DNA of 64,000 nt from Candidatus Latescibacterota bacterium (GTDB lineage Bacteria > Latescibacterota > UBA2968 > UBA8231), in contig CBDCSU010000006.1 of NCBI GenBank assembly GCA_965221775.1, positions 896,001 to 960,000 on the forward strand. Reading direction: 5' to 3'. The notes below the pieces were generated by a model, which saw only the letters and a list, made by a program, of their open reading frames with translations, was not told the DNA's origin and searched no databases. Made by a program: the position numbers and the translations under genes. Position 1 is the first letter of the stretch. Each line of letters starts with the position of its first letter. This document shows positions 9,468 to 16,357 of the stretch, one piece after another.

Positions 9468-9980
9468 TCAATCGTCCTTGGGCTTGTCGCCGACGCGGAA
9501 AGCGAAGAATCCTAACGCGGGGACGTGCTCCAAAGATAGCCACGCATCCCGATCCCCGAGTTTCCTCTTAACCTGCTGCAAATCCCCTGTCTTCTGAATC
9601 TCCAATACAGCTTCTTTGAACCAGTCGTTCCTTCCTTCCCACTTCGGCCACAGAAGATTCAGCAGGCCGAAGCCGTGCATTACGTTAAGCGTGACTACCT
9701 GCTCGTTGTCGTTGGGTAGCCACAAGAGTAGTAGGATATTACTCAGATCGTCCGCCGGGCCGATCAACTCAACACTCGTAATGCCCACCGTACTGCTTCC
9801 CAAGACCCGAGGCGTACCGTCTTCCAGGGGAGCAATCTTGAACTCGAATTTCATATCCTCGTACTTGGCTTGCAGGTAATCCCTTGAGATCCCAAGTCCC
9901 TTAGTCTTCGGATCTTCGGCCAGTAGGAACGAAGGCAAGGCCAGCATTACGAGAATAAGCCAGTAGAATCTGATCTGCAT
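9468..9980 (-). CDS. Secreted hypothetical passenger protein
   Basis: Signal peptide MQIRFYWLILVMLALPSFLLA; 170 aa. Confidence 0.75.
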   Translation of the reverse strand: MQIRFYWLILVMLALPSFLLAEDPKTKGLGISRDYLQAKYEDMKFEFKIAPLEDGTPRVLGSSTVGITSVELIGPADDLSNILLLLWLPNDNEQVVTLNVMHGFGLLNLLWPKWEGRNDWFKEAVLEIQKTGDLQQVKRKLGDRDAWLSLEHVPALGFFAFRVGDKPKDD

Positions 9981-10275
9981 TTCCCGCCCCTTTGCAGAAG
10001 GTTGAAGGGAACGGCCCGGCGTCCCGAATGGACACCGGGCCGTTGCAAAGCAGATCTCTGAGCGAGAAATGTCCCCGCCTATTCACCATCTTCCTCCAAG
10101 GAGCGACCTCGAAGGATACTGCACCGGCTCTTGTATTCAGCAGGCGACCCGGCACAGAAGGCCGGAAAGCTCGGCTGAGACCTGCTTTGCACGCTCGCAG
10201 AATAGATAGATTCTGAGGGAAAGTCAAGAAGAACAACGACTTGTGCGGAGGGTACTTGTTCGTAGATTCAAGGGT

Positions 10276-10884
10276 ATGGACCTAAGAGAACTGATCGAGG
10301 ATCGCCGGGCCGCCCTCGGCATCCGGCGCGGGGAGCTGGCCCGGAGGATGGGCTACCGGGACCCTTCCCGTGGCTGCCGGCGAATTGACAGGCTGCTGGA
10401 CGGCGACGTGGAGCTTGCGGAGGCGCTACGGGCGCGGCTGGCGGCCGGCCTGTCCGTGGAGCCGGGGAAGGTGGATGAGGCGATCCGGGGCGAGCTGGCG
10501 GCTCAGGAAGCCGCGTACCGGGCTGCGTTCAAACCGCACGCGATCGCCCGCACGCGGCGCGAGCGTCCGGAGCCGGTGTTCATTTACGCGATGTGCGGCG
10601 GCCCGGAGACTCAAGTGATCGGCTTGGAGGAAGAGCTGGGGGCGGGAACCTTCGCCCGGCAGGCTCTTCTCAAGCTCCCTGATGCGGTCCCCGGACTCGG
10701 GGCCGTCACCAGCTACGTGGTCAACTACTCGCCGGACCGGGCGGTTGAGTATGACCTGGCCGGCGATCCCGTCCGGGAGTTTGATCGAGCCATCCCGATG
10801 CCGTGGGCCGGCATGGTCGTTGGCGGGAAGCGGATCGGTAGCAAGACGTGGTCAAGGCTGATGAAGATGGAGAAGACTCACTGA
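10276..10884 (+). CDS. XRE-like HTH protein (passenger)
   Basis: LIEDRRAALGIRRGELARRMGY HTH-like N-terminus; visibly more GC-rich than neighbouring passengers. Confidence 0.7.
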   Translation: MDLRELIEDRRAALGIRRGELARRMGYRDPSRGCRRIDRLLDGDVELAEALRARLAAGLSVEPGKVDEAIRGELAAQEAAYRAAFKPHAIARTRRERPEPVFIYAMCGGPETQVIGLEEELGAGTFARQALLKLPDAVPGLGAVTSYVVNYSPDRAVEYDLAGDPVREFDRAIPMPWAGMVVGGKRIGSKTWSRLMKMEKTH

Positions 10885-11089
10885 CAGGGATACTTACAGG
10901 TGCTGGATTGCGAGGGATACTTACAGGTGCTGGATTGCGAGGGATACTTACAGGTGCTGGATTGCGAGGGATACTTACAGGTGCTGGAGGACCCAACACA
11001 GACGCGGGCTTTCGTAACTTACGAATAGCCAACTTACCCATGTCCCATACGAAATTGAGAATAAGGGACACGATCAATTCCACGCCCAT
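10721..11089 (-). CDS. Hypothetical membrane-anchored protein with Pro-rich repeats (probably truncated)
   Basis: GGAG RBS, hydrophobic N-terminus and PAPVSIPRN repeats; the 3' part runs antisense into the HTH gene. Confidence 0.4.
   Translation of the reverse strand: MGVELIVSLILNFVWDMGKLAIRKLRKPASVLGPPAPVSIPRNPAPVSIPRNPAPVSIPRNPAPVSIPVSESSPSSSALTTSCYRSASRQRPCRPTASGWLDQTPGRDRRPGHTQPPGPASS
10886..10988. repeat. 27-bp tandem repeat, 3 full copies plus 22 bp
   Basis: Unit AGGGATACTTACAGGTGCTGGATTGCG; reads PAPVSIPRN on the minus strand. Confidence 0.95.
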
Positions 11090-11116
11090 GGTTTTACTGC
11101 TCCGTGAGAATTTCTA

Positions 11117-11608
11117 TCACTGAGGGAAGAAAGATCGTGTTTGGGAATGTCCCTTAACTCGATCTTCGATAATCTGTTTGAAGCGTAATTCCAACGTTCC
11201 TTTAGAGGAACACAGGGCATACCCGCTATTCTCTCCGAGACTGCGGTACTCTCGAAAATTCATGTTGACAGTAAGTCTGCTAGATATCTCGCTATCTTCC
11301 CGCAAAACCATGTTGAAACGGAGATAGCGGTGTTGAGGGACTGCTATACCTGGAGTACCGCAGTCAATAAACTCTCCCATCCAGGGCGCGGGCCGTCCCA
11401 TTCCAGTCCATTCTGTAACTATCAGACCGGAATCCTTCTCGATAGTGCTGATTGGAAAATCATGTTCTGCCAAGAAGTCTACAATGGCGGCCCATACCTT
11501 GTCGTACTGTCCCATAGGCCAACTCTTGTCGAAGGTATATTGTTGAGGGGCAACAGCACAAGACGTTAGGCTTATAGCGGCAAGTAATGTAACGAGCGGT
11601 TGGTTCAT
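11117..11608 (-). CDS. Lipoprotein, BamC/NlpB-like fold suspected (passenger)
   Basis: Lipobox LTSC; YDKVWAAIVDFL..ISTIEKDSGLIVTEW pattern; start overlaps the upstream stop (ATGA). Confidence 0.7.
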   Translation of the reverse strand: MNQPLVTLLAAISLTSCAVAPQQYTFDKSWPMGQYDKVWAAIVDFLAEHDFPISTIEKDSGLIVTEWTGMGRPAPWMGEFIDCGTPGIAVPQHRYLRFNMVLREDSEISSRLTVNMNFREYRSLGENSGYALCSSKGTLELRFKQIIEDRVKGHSQTRSFFPQ

Positions 11609-11811
11609 CTGTCCTTGCCCTCGTAGCTCTCGTTCCTCCGTCGTTCTGAATCCTGCTGGATGTCCGTCACAGCGTTGTAAATGAAGAATAGCCCAAAGGT
11701 CACGACTATCTGATACGGTGTGAATTCCCAATACAAGACCAGCACAAGCAGAATGAGCCCTCCGATCAAAGCCTTGATCCCTCGGATAGGGCTTGACTCA
11801 GGAATCTTCAT
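11605..11811 (-). CDS. Small two-TM membrane protein (passenger)
   Basis: RBS AAGGAAGG before ATG 11811; two hydrophobic segments and a charged tail. Confidence 0.6.
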   Translation of the reverse strand: MKIPESSPIRGIKALIGGLILLVLVLYWEFTPYQIVVTFGLFFIYNAVTDIQQDSERRRNESYEGKDR

Positions 11812-11859
11812 GCCGTCCTTCCTTTTGTAGGGCATCTTGAAGCGGTATCAGAGAGGCTA

Positions 11860-11935
11860 GAGAATCGGCGATCTCAACCGACTTACAATCGGCTGCCTGT
11901 GACAGGGCTTGCGGGTTCGAATCCCGTCGCTGCCG
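11860..11935 (+). ncRNA. tRNA-like element, copy B (5' acceptor strand degenerate, no CCA)
   Basis: D arm and anticodon arm (TAC) identical to 12612-12645, long variable arm and GCGGG-TTCGAAT-CCCGT T arm; upstream bases do not pair with 3' CGCTGCC. Confidence 0.7.
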
Positions 11936-12038
11936 ATTGCATCCACTTGCACAAGAGTTGGTAGTTATCGATGTGATCCGGCCCGCCTTTTGATCGGGGG
12001 ACTTTATGGTAGGAGCAGGCGGCCTGACGGAGGGAGGG

Positions 12039-12239
12039 TCAGGCTTCCTCCCTGTATTCCCAGATCGTGCCATCGGGCTTCTCTGCCACCACTCGACCCG
12101 TTCCGTAGTTCAGTAGCTTTCTGGCCAAATGCAGGGCGTGGGCCTCCCAGTCGTCGTCGCCATCCATCACAACGGTGATGTGGATATCCTCCGGCTCCTT
12201 GGTGTTCTCGTAGGCGCGGAAGATGTAGTTACCTTTCAT
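12039..12239 (-). CDS. Small hypothetical passenger protein (66 aa)
   Basis: GGAGGGGGA RBS; MKGNYIFRAYENTKEPED... Confidence 0.6.
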   Translation of the reverse strand: MKGNYIFRAYENTKEPEDIHITVVMDGDDDWEAHALHLARKLLNYGTGRVVAEKPDGTIWEYREEA

Positions 12240-12365
12240 CACCGCTGATCCCCCTCCAAGAGTGAAGAAGTATTCCCCGCAGGTGGCCCGACACGCGAGC
12301 CCCCTGGGAAGTAGGCAGGGTGGAATATAAGAGCCGCAAGACGCCGGCCCAAGCACAATTTCCGG

Positions 12366-12539
12366 TTAGGGAGGATTCTCGGCGGCGTACTTCTCGCGCC
12401 GCTCCCGAACCATCTCCTTGTGCGTCTGCGGAGGCGTGTTGAGTAGATTTCGAGCGATCCGTTCCGCTTCCTGATGGATCTCTTCCGGGATCTTCCCTTC
12501 CGGGTCGATCTCGCGAGTACTTGACTGTTCTTCGTGCAT
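12366..12539 (-). CDS. Small hypothetical passenger protein (57 aa)
   Basis: RBS AAAGGAAG before ATG 12539; MHEEQSSTREIDPEGKIPEEIHQEAERIARNLLNTPP... Confidence 0.6.
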   Translation of the reverse strand: MHEEQSSTREIDPEGKIPEEIHQEAERIARNLLNTPPQTHKEMVRERREKYAAENPP

Positions 12540-12562
12540 GGCGTTCTTCCTTTCGATAGAGC

Positions 12563-12596
12563 GATGCCCTCCGACCTGGCAGGGTCGGAGGGCATC
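12563..12596. other. Perfect 14-bp inverted repeat (hairpin) just upstream of tRNA-like copy A
   Basis: GATGCCCTCCGACC-tggcag-GGTCGGAGGGCATC. Confidence 0.9.
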
Positions 12597-12602
12597 TGTC
12601 AC

Positions 12603-12689
12603 GGCGGGGCTGAGAATCGGCGATCTCAACCGACTTACAATCGGCTGCCTGTAGCGGGCTTACGGGTTCGAATCCCGTCCCCGCCGCCA
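12603..12689 (+). tRNA. Non-canonical tRNA/tRNA-like RNA, copy A: anticodon TAC, long variable arm, G discriminator, encoded CCA
   Basis: Acceptor GGCGGGG/CCCCGCC, D stem GAGA/TCTC with GG in the loop, anticodon stem CCGA/TCGG with loop CTTACAA, variable stem GCCTG/CGGGC, T stem ACGGG/CCCGT with loop TTCGAAT, 3' GCCA. Confidence 0.8.
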
Positions 12690-12722
12690 CCCAACTATGC
12701 GTTACGCCTACATGCGATACGA

Positions 12723-12750
12723 ATGTTACGATACAAAGGTTCTTCGTCAA
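12723..12750 (-). promoter_or_regulatory. Inward-facing sigma70-like promoter for the passenger genes
   Basis: Minus strand TTGACG (12750-12745), 16 nt spacer, TAACAT (12728-12723); adjacent iterated ATGCG(T/A)TACG sites. Confidence 0.55.
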
Positions 12751-12817
12751 TAGGTGAACATCAAAGCACTATTCGGACTCCAACGCCGGGGTCTGCGAAG
12801 TCAACGGTATAATTCCC

Positions 12818-12825
12818 TTCGCAAG
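12818..12825. repeat. Target-site duplication, right copy (TTCGCAAG)
   Basis: Identical to 7527-7534. Confidence 0.9.
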
Positions 12826-13102
12826 GCCCTCGGCGCCCGGCCGATGGCCATCGTGGGTCAGTTCCTCACCGAGGCGGTGGTCCTGAGCTGCTGCGGCGGC
12901 GGCCTCGGCCTGGCCCTGGGATGGGGACTCGCCCGGGGCGGCGAGGCGATGCTCTCCGGATGGCTCGGAACCTCCATGGCCGGCTCCACCGACTGGGGGT
13001 CCGCGGGGCTCGCCCTGGCCGTCTCCCTCTGCGTGGGCATCGGCTCCGGCGTCGTGCCCGCGGTGCAGGCCGCCGAACTCCCTCCCGCGGAGGCCATGAG
13101 GC

Positions 13103-13816
13103 ATGCTGGTCGAGCTTGAGTCCGCCTGCAAGACCTACAGGAGGGGGACGCAGGAGGTGCGCGCCCTCCGGGAAGTGGACGCCGCCTTCGGCGAGGGCGA
13201 GTTCGTCGCCCTCATGGGTCCCTCCGGCTCCGGGAAGACGACGCTGCTCAACATCATCGGCTGTCTCGACAACCTGACGGCGGGCCGGTACCTCCTGCAG
13301 GGCGAGGATGTGACCGGCCTGAACCCCATCCGCCTCGCCGAGGTCCGAAGCCGCAGGATCGGCTTCGTCTTCCAGAGCTTCCACCTGCTGCCGAGGGCGA
13401 CGGCGGCGGAGAACGTCGAGCTGCCCCGGATCTACGCGGGAGCGAACCGCCGCCAGCGGCGGGAGTGCGCCCGCGCGGCCCTCGATCGGGTCGGGCTGGC
13501 CGACCGCCGCGACTTCCGGCCGGAGGAGCTGTCCGGCGGCCAGCGGCAGCGCGTGGCCATCGCCCGGGCCCTGGTCAACGAGCCCTCGCTGATCCTGGCG
13601 GATGAGCCCACCGGCAGCCTGGACCCGCAGGCCGCGGGAGAGGTCATGGAGCTGTTCGCGAGACTGAACGACGAGGGCATCGCCATCGTCCTGGTAACGC
13701 ACCAGGAGGAGGTGGCGCGGCACGCGAGGCGGAAGATCCGCCTGGCCAATGGCCGCGTGCTCCCCACACCCGCGGGACCGGAGTCTCCCGCACAGACCCA
13801 AGGGACCCGCCCATGA
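13103..13816 (+). CDS. ABC transporter ATP-binding protein (MacB/LolD type)
   Basis: [24 protein letters not shown]. Confidence 0.95.
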   Translation: MLVELESACKTYRRGTQEVRALREVDAAFGEGEFVALMGPSGSGKTTLLNIIGCLDNLTAGRYLLQGEDVTGLNPIRLAEVRSRRIGFVFQSFHLLPRATAAENVELPRIYAGANRRQRRECARAALDRVGLADRRDFRPEELSGGQRQRVAIARALVNEPSLILADEPTGSLDPQAAGEVMELFARLNDEGIAIVLVTHQEEVARHARRKIRLANGRVLPTPAGPESPAQTQGTRP

Positions 13817-14079
13817 CGAAGGCCGAGATCACCCGCGGGGTCCGGGAGGCCGTGGTGAAGGCCCTCGACCTGCCCATCCAACCCGACCAGCTCCCCGAGA
13901 GCGAGCCCCTCTTCGGCGCCGACGGCGAGGTCGACTCGATCCTGTCGATCAAGCTGGTCGTCGAACTGGAGGAGACTTTCGGGATCGAAGTCGACGACGA
14001 CGATCTGACGGAGGAGCTCTTCGGGACGGTGGCGGCCCTGGCGGAGTACGTGGAGACGAGACTGGCGGCCCTCCGTTGA
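13813..14079 (+). CDS. Acyl carrier protein
   Basis: Acidic, 88 aa, [21 protein letters not shown] with the phosphopantetheine Ser. Confidence 0.85.
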   Translation: MTKAEITRGVREAVVKALDLPIQPDQLPESEPLFGADGEVDSILSIKLVVELEETFGIEVDDDDLTEELFGTVAALAEYVETRLAALR

Positions 14080-14117
14080 CGACAGGCGGGCAGCCAGGCG
14101 TGCGAGGACGTTCGCCC

Positions 14118-14151
14118 TTGCACACGCGGTGTGTATCGCGTAATTATGCGA
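14118..14151 (+). promoter_or_regulatory. Putative promoter/operator of the metal-uptake operon
   Basis: TTGCAC, 17 nt, TAATTA; palindromes CACAC-gcg-GTGTG (14121-14133) and TCGCgTAATTAtGCGA (14136-14151). Confidence 0.45.
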
Positions 14152-14163
14152 GTGATCCATGCG

Positions 14164-14532
14164 ATGGCCACTGCTCACATACGTCCCGTGAAGCGACTGA
14201 ATTTCACTCTCGACGAGGATACCGTGCGGCTTCTCGGAGATCTCGCTCAGCGACTCTTCGAGGGCAACAAGTCGCTGACCATTCGGACGGCGCTGCAGAG
14301 CCTCGCTTCCCATGCCGGACATGACGGTTGGGTGATCAACGGATACGCGCCGACGGAGTTGTTGAAGCCCGCCTGCTGTCACACCTGCGGTGAGGCCTAC
14401 CCGAAGGGGGAGATCCTGTTCCGCCCCGTCTTCGAGCGTGGAGCGAGCCCCGCCGCCTTGCCTCGACTGCCCAGAGAGACCTGGCTGGATTGCGGCGACT
14501 GTGCTTCGCGAACGACCGATGTCGTCGATTGA
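14164..14532 (+). CDS. Ribbon-helix-helix-like protein with C-terminal Cys4 (CxxC..CxxC) domain; putative metal-responsive regulator
   Basis: [28 protein letters not shown] pattern, plus CHTC and CGDC; start ATG 14164 or GTG 14188. Confidence 0.65.
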   Translation: MATAHIRPVKRLNFTLDEDTVRLLGDLAQRLFEGNKSLTIRTALQSLASHAGHDGWVINGYAPTELLKPACCHTCGEAYPKGEILFRPVFERGASPAALPRLPRETWLDCGDCASRTTDVVD

Positions 14533-14567
14533 TCGAGCAGGAGAGACCGGGCAAGGAGCGCATATAG

Positions 14568-14990
14568 ATGCCAGAATCGAAGTCGCCAGCCCTGCGGCTC
14601 ACAGCCGACGTTGTGGGTACCGTCGGTTCGTCGCTGTGTGCCTTGCACTGTGCCATCCTGCCACTGAGCCTCATCCTGGGCACCACGCTGCCTCTCACGC
14701 TGATGGGAGAAGAGATCTTCCACCTCGGCCTGCTGGGCCTGGTTCTCCCGGCCGGGGTCGTGGCCTTCGGCCTCGGTTGTCGTGAGCACCGGGACGCCTG
14801 GGTGCTGGCTCTCGGTGTCATGGGCATGCTCGGGATCCTGCTGGCCGCCACGGTGCTGCATGATGTCGTTGGCGAGTCCGGTGAGCGCGCAGCGACGCTC
14901 GTCGCGGCCGTCGTCCTGATCTCCGCTCACATCCGCAACTTCCGCCTGTGCCGCGCGAGCCGATGCGACTGCGGCCCTCCCGAAGGATGA
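14568..14990 (+). CDS. MerC-domain membrane protein
   Basis: [12 protein letters not shown], four TMs and [10 protein letters not shown]. Confidence 0.85.
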   Translation: MPESKSPALRLTADVVGTVGSSLCALHCAILPLSLILGTTLPLTLMGEEIFHLGLLGLVLPAGVVAFGLGCREHRDAWVLALGVMGMLGILLAATVLHDVVGESGERAATLVAAVVLISAHIRNFRLCRASRCDCGPPEG

Positions 14991-15634
14991 GCCGTATGGG
15001 TCGTAGACCGCTGTCGATCGTTGCCTCTCTGTGGGTGCTGACCTGTGCGGCGGCAGCCCAGCAGTCGGCGCACGTGCACGGGACCGCAGCCATCAATCTG
15101 GCCATCGAAGGCGAGGAGCTGGAGATCGAGTTCGTGTCACCGGCCGGCAATATCGTCGGCTTTGAACACGAGGCGGTCACACCCGGCGAGCGTCAGGCGA
15201 TCCGGGATGCGATCGAGCAACTCAAGGAGGGCCACGCGCTGTTCGATCTTCCGCACGCGGCCAGCTGCAGCCTGCATGTCGCCGATGTGAAGCACGGGCA
15301 CCAGGAAGAAGAGGACCCCACGGACGGTCATGGGCACGGTGCCGAGGGCGATGACCACGACGAGCACGAGCACGCCGAAGCCGAGCGCGAAGATGGCCAC
15401 GACGAGCACGGCCACGACGAGCACGGACACACGGAAGAGAAGGCGGACAGCACGCACTCCGAGTTCCATGCACACTATCACTACGAGTGCGATGGATCGC
15501 CCATCACGGAGATCGGGGTCCGTCTCTTCGAGCACTGGCCACGCATCGAGGAGATTCGCGTCCAGGCCCTGACCCCGACCGGCCAGTTCGGGGCCGTTAC
15601 CAAGGCGAAGGACCCGGTGATCAGGTTGAAGTAG
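14987..15634 (+). CDS. His-rich periplasmic zinc-binding protein (DUF2796/ZrgA-like)
   Basis: AHVHG, SPAGNIVGFEH, a His/Asp/Glu-rich tract and HSEFHAHY. Confidence 0.9.
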   Translation: MSRMGRRPLSIVASLWVLTCAAAAQQSAHVHGTAAINLAIEGEELEIEFVSPAGNIVGFEHEAVTPGERQAIRDAIEQLKEGHALFDLPHAASCSLHVADVKHGHQEEEDPTDGHGHGAEGDDHDEHEHAEAEREDGHDEHGHDEHGHTEEKADSTHSEFHAHYHYECDGSPITEIGVRLFEHWPRIEEIRVQALTPTGQFGAVTKAKDPVIRLK

Positions 15635-15655
15635 CCACGGGAGCCGACGCCCGGC

Positions 15656-16357
15656 ATGAACGAAGACCTCATCGAAATCGAGGACCTGGGCTTTGGGTGG
15701 CCCGGCGCACCGCCTCTGCTCCGTTGCGACCGGTTCCTCCTGCGACGCGGCGAACACCTTTTCATCCGCGGCCCCTCGGGCAGCGGCAAGTCGACGCTGC
15801 TGAACCTTCTGGCCGGAGTACTGACGCCGGACTCGGGGCGCCTGTCGCTGATGGGGCAGGATACGGGCTCCCTGGCCGCGGCCTCTCGCGACCGACTTCG
15901 CGCCGACCACATCGGGTTCATCTTTCAGCAGTTCAACCTGGTGCCCTACCTCGACCTGGCCGAGAACGTCGTCCTGCCCTGCCACTTCTCCCGCCGCCGG
16001 TCCGCGCGGGCGGCGGAGACGCACGGCGGCGTGACCGCGGCCGCACGGTCCCTGCTGCAACGCCTGTTCGTCGAGGAGGAACTGGACCCGACGGCACCGG
16101 TATCCAGGCTCTCCGTCGGTCAGCAGCAGCGCGTGGCCGTGGCGCGGGCCCTGATGGGCGATCCCGAAATCGTGATCGCCGACGAACCGACCTCGGCCCT
16201 CGACTTCGAAGCGCGAACACGCTTCATCGAGTTGCTCTTCGAACGGGCCCAGGCGTCGCGGGCGACCCTGGTCTTCGTCAGTCACGATCCGACGCTCGCC
16301 GGCGGCTTCGACCGCACGGCCCACATCGATGACTTCCGGGCGGAGCCTCACTCGTGA
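15656..16357 (+). CDS. ABC transporter ATP-binding protein (Zrg-type)
   Basis: GPSGSGKST, LSVGQQQR, IADEPT. Confidence 0.93.
   Translation: MNEDLIEIEDLGFGWPGAPPLLRCDRFLLRRGEHLFIRGPSGSGKSTLLNLLAGVLTPDSGRLSLMGQDTGSLAAASRDRLRADHIGFIFQQFNLVPYLDLAENVVLPCHFSRRRSARAAETHGGVTAAARSLLQRLFVEEELDPTAPVSRLSVGQQQRVAVARALMGDPEIVIADEPTSALDFEARTRFIELLFERAQASRATLVFVSHDPTLAGGFDRTAHIDDFRAEPHS

Larger units (their letters stand above)
7535..12817 (+). mobile_element. IS1595-family transposon with passenger genes, 5,283 bp
   Basis: Left end GGGGATTACATACTTGACTGCGCA versus reverse complement of right end GGGAATTATACCGTTGACTTCGCA; direct repeat TTCGCAAG at 7527-7534 and 12818-12825; lower GC than flanks; contains an IS1595 transposase. 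Confidence 0.93.
6611..13119 (+). pseudogene. MacB/FtsX-type permease interrupted by the IS1595 element (parts 6611-7534 and 12826-13119)
   Basis: ...RQRIWEIGLRK at 7534 continues in frame as ALGARPMAIVGQFLTEA... at 12826 once the element and one target copy are removed. Confidence 0.93.

Noticed and set aside
10886-10988. 27-bp repeats as a CRISPR array
   Set aside because: The units are head-to-tail with no spacers, the length is a multiple of 3 within an ORF, and there are no cas genes in the window.
12603-12689. Ordinary tRNA-Val(TAC) or a second tRNA-Sec
   Set aside because: The long variable arm, G73 and C8 do not fit tRNA-Val. The anticodon and 7/5 fold do not fit tRNA-Sec, which is present at 42988-43083.
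11860-12689. Classical attL/attR of a tRNA-integrated island
   Set aside because: There is no integrase in the window, the intact copy is downstream rather than upstream, and homology extends to the leader and RBS outside the tRNA.
12754-12825. N-terminus MNIKALFGLQRR.. of ORF 12754-13119 as a separate gene
   Set aside because: It derives from the IS right end and is fused to the 3' fragment of the permease.
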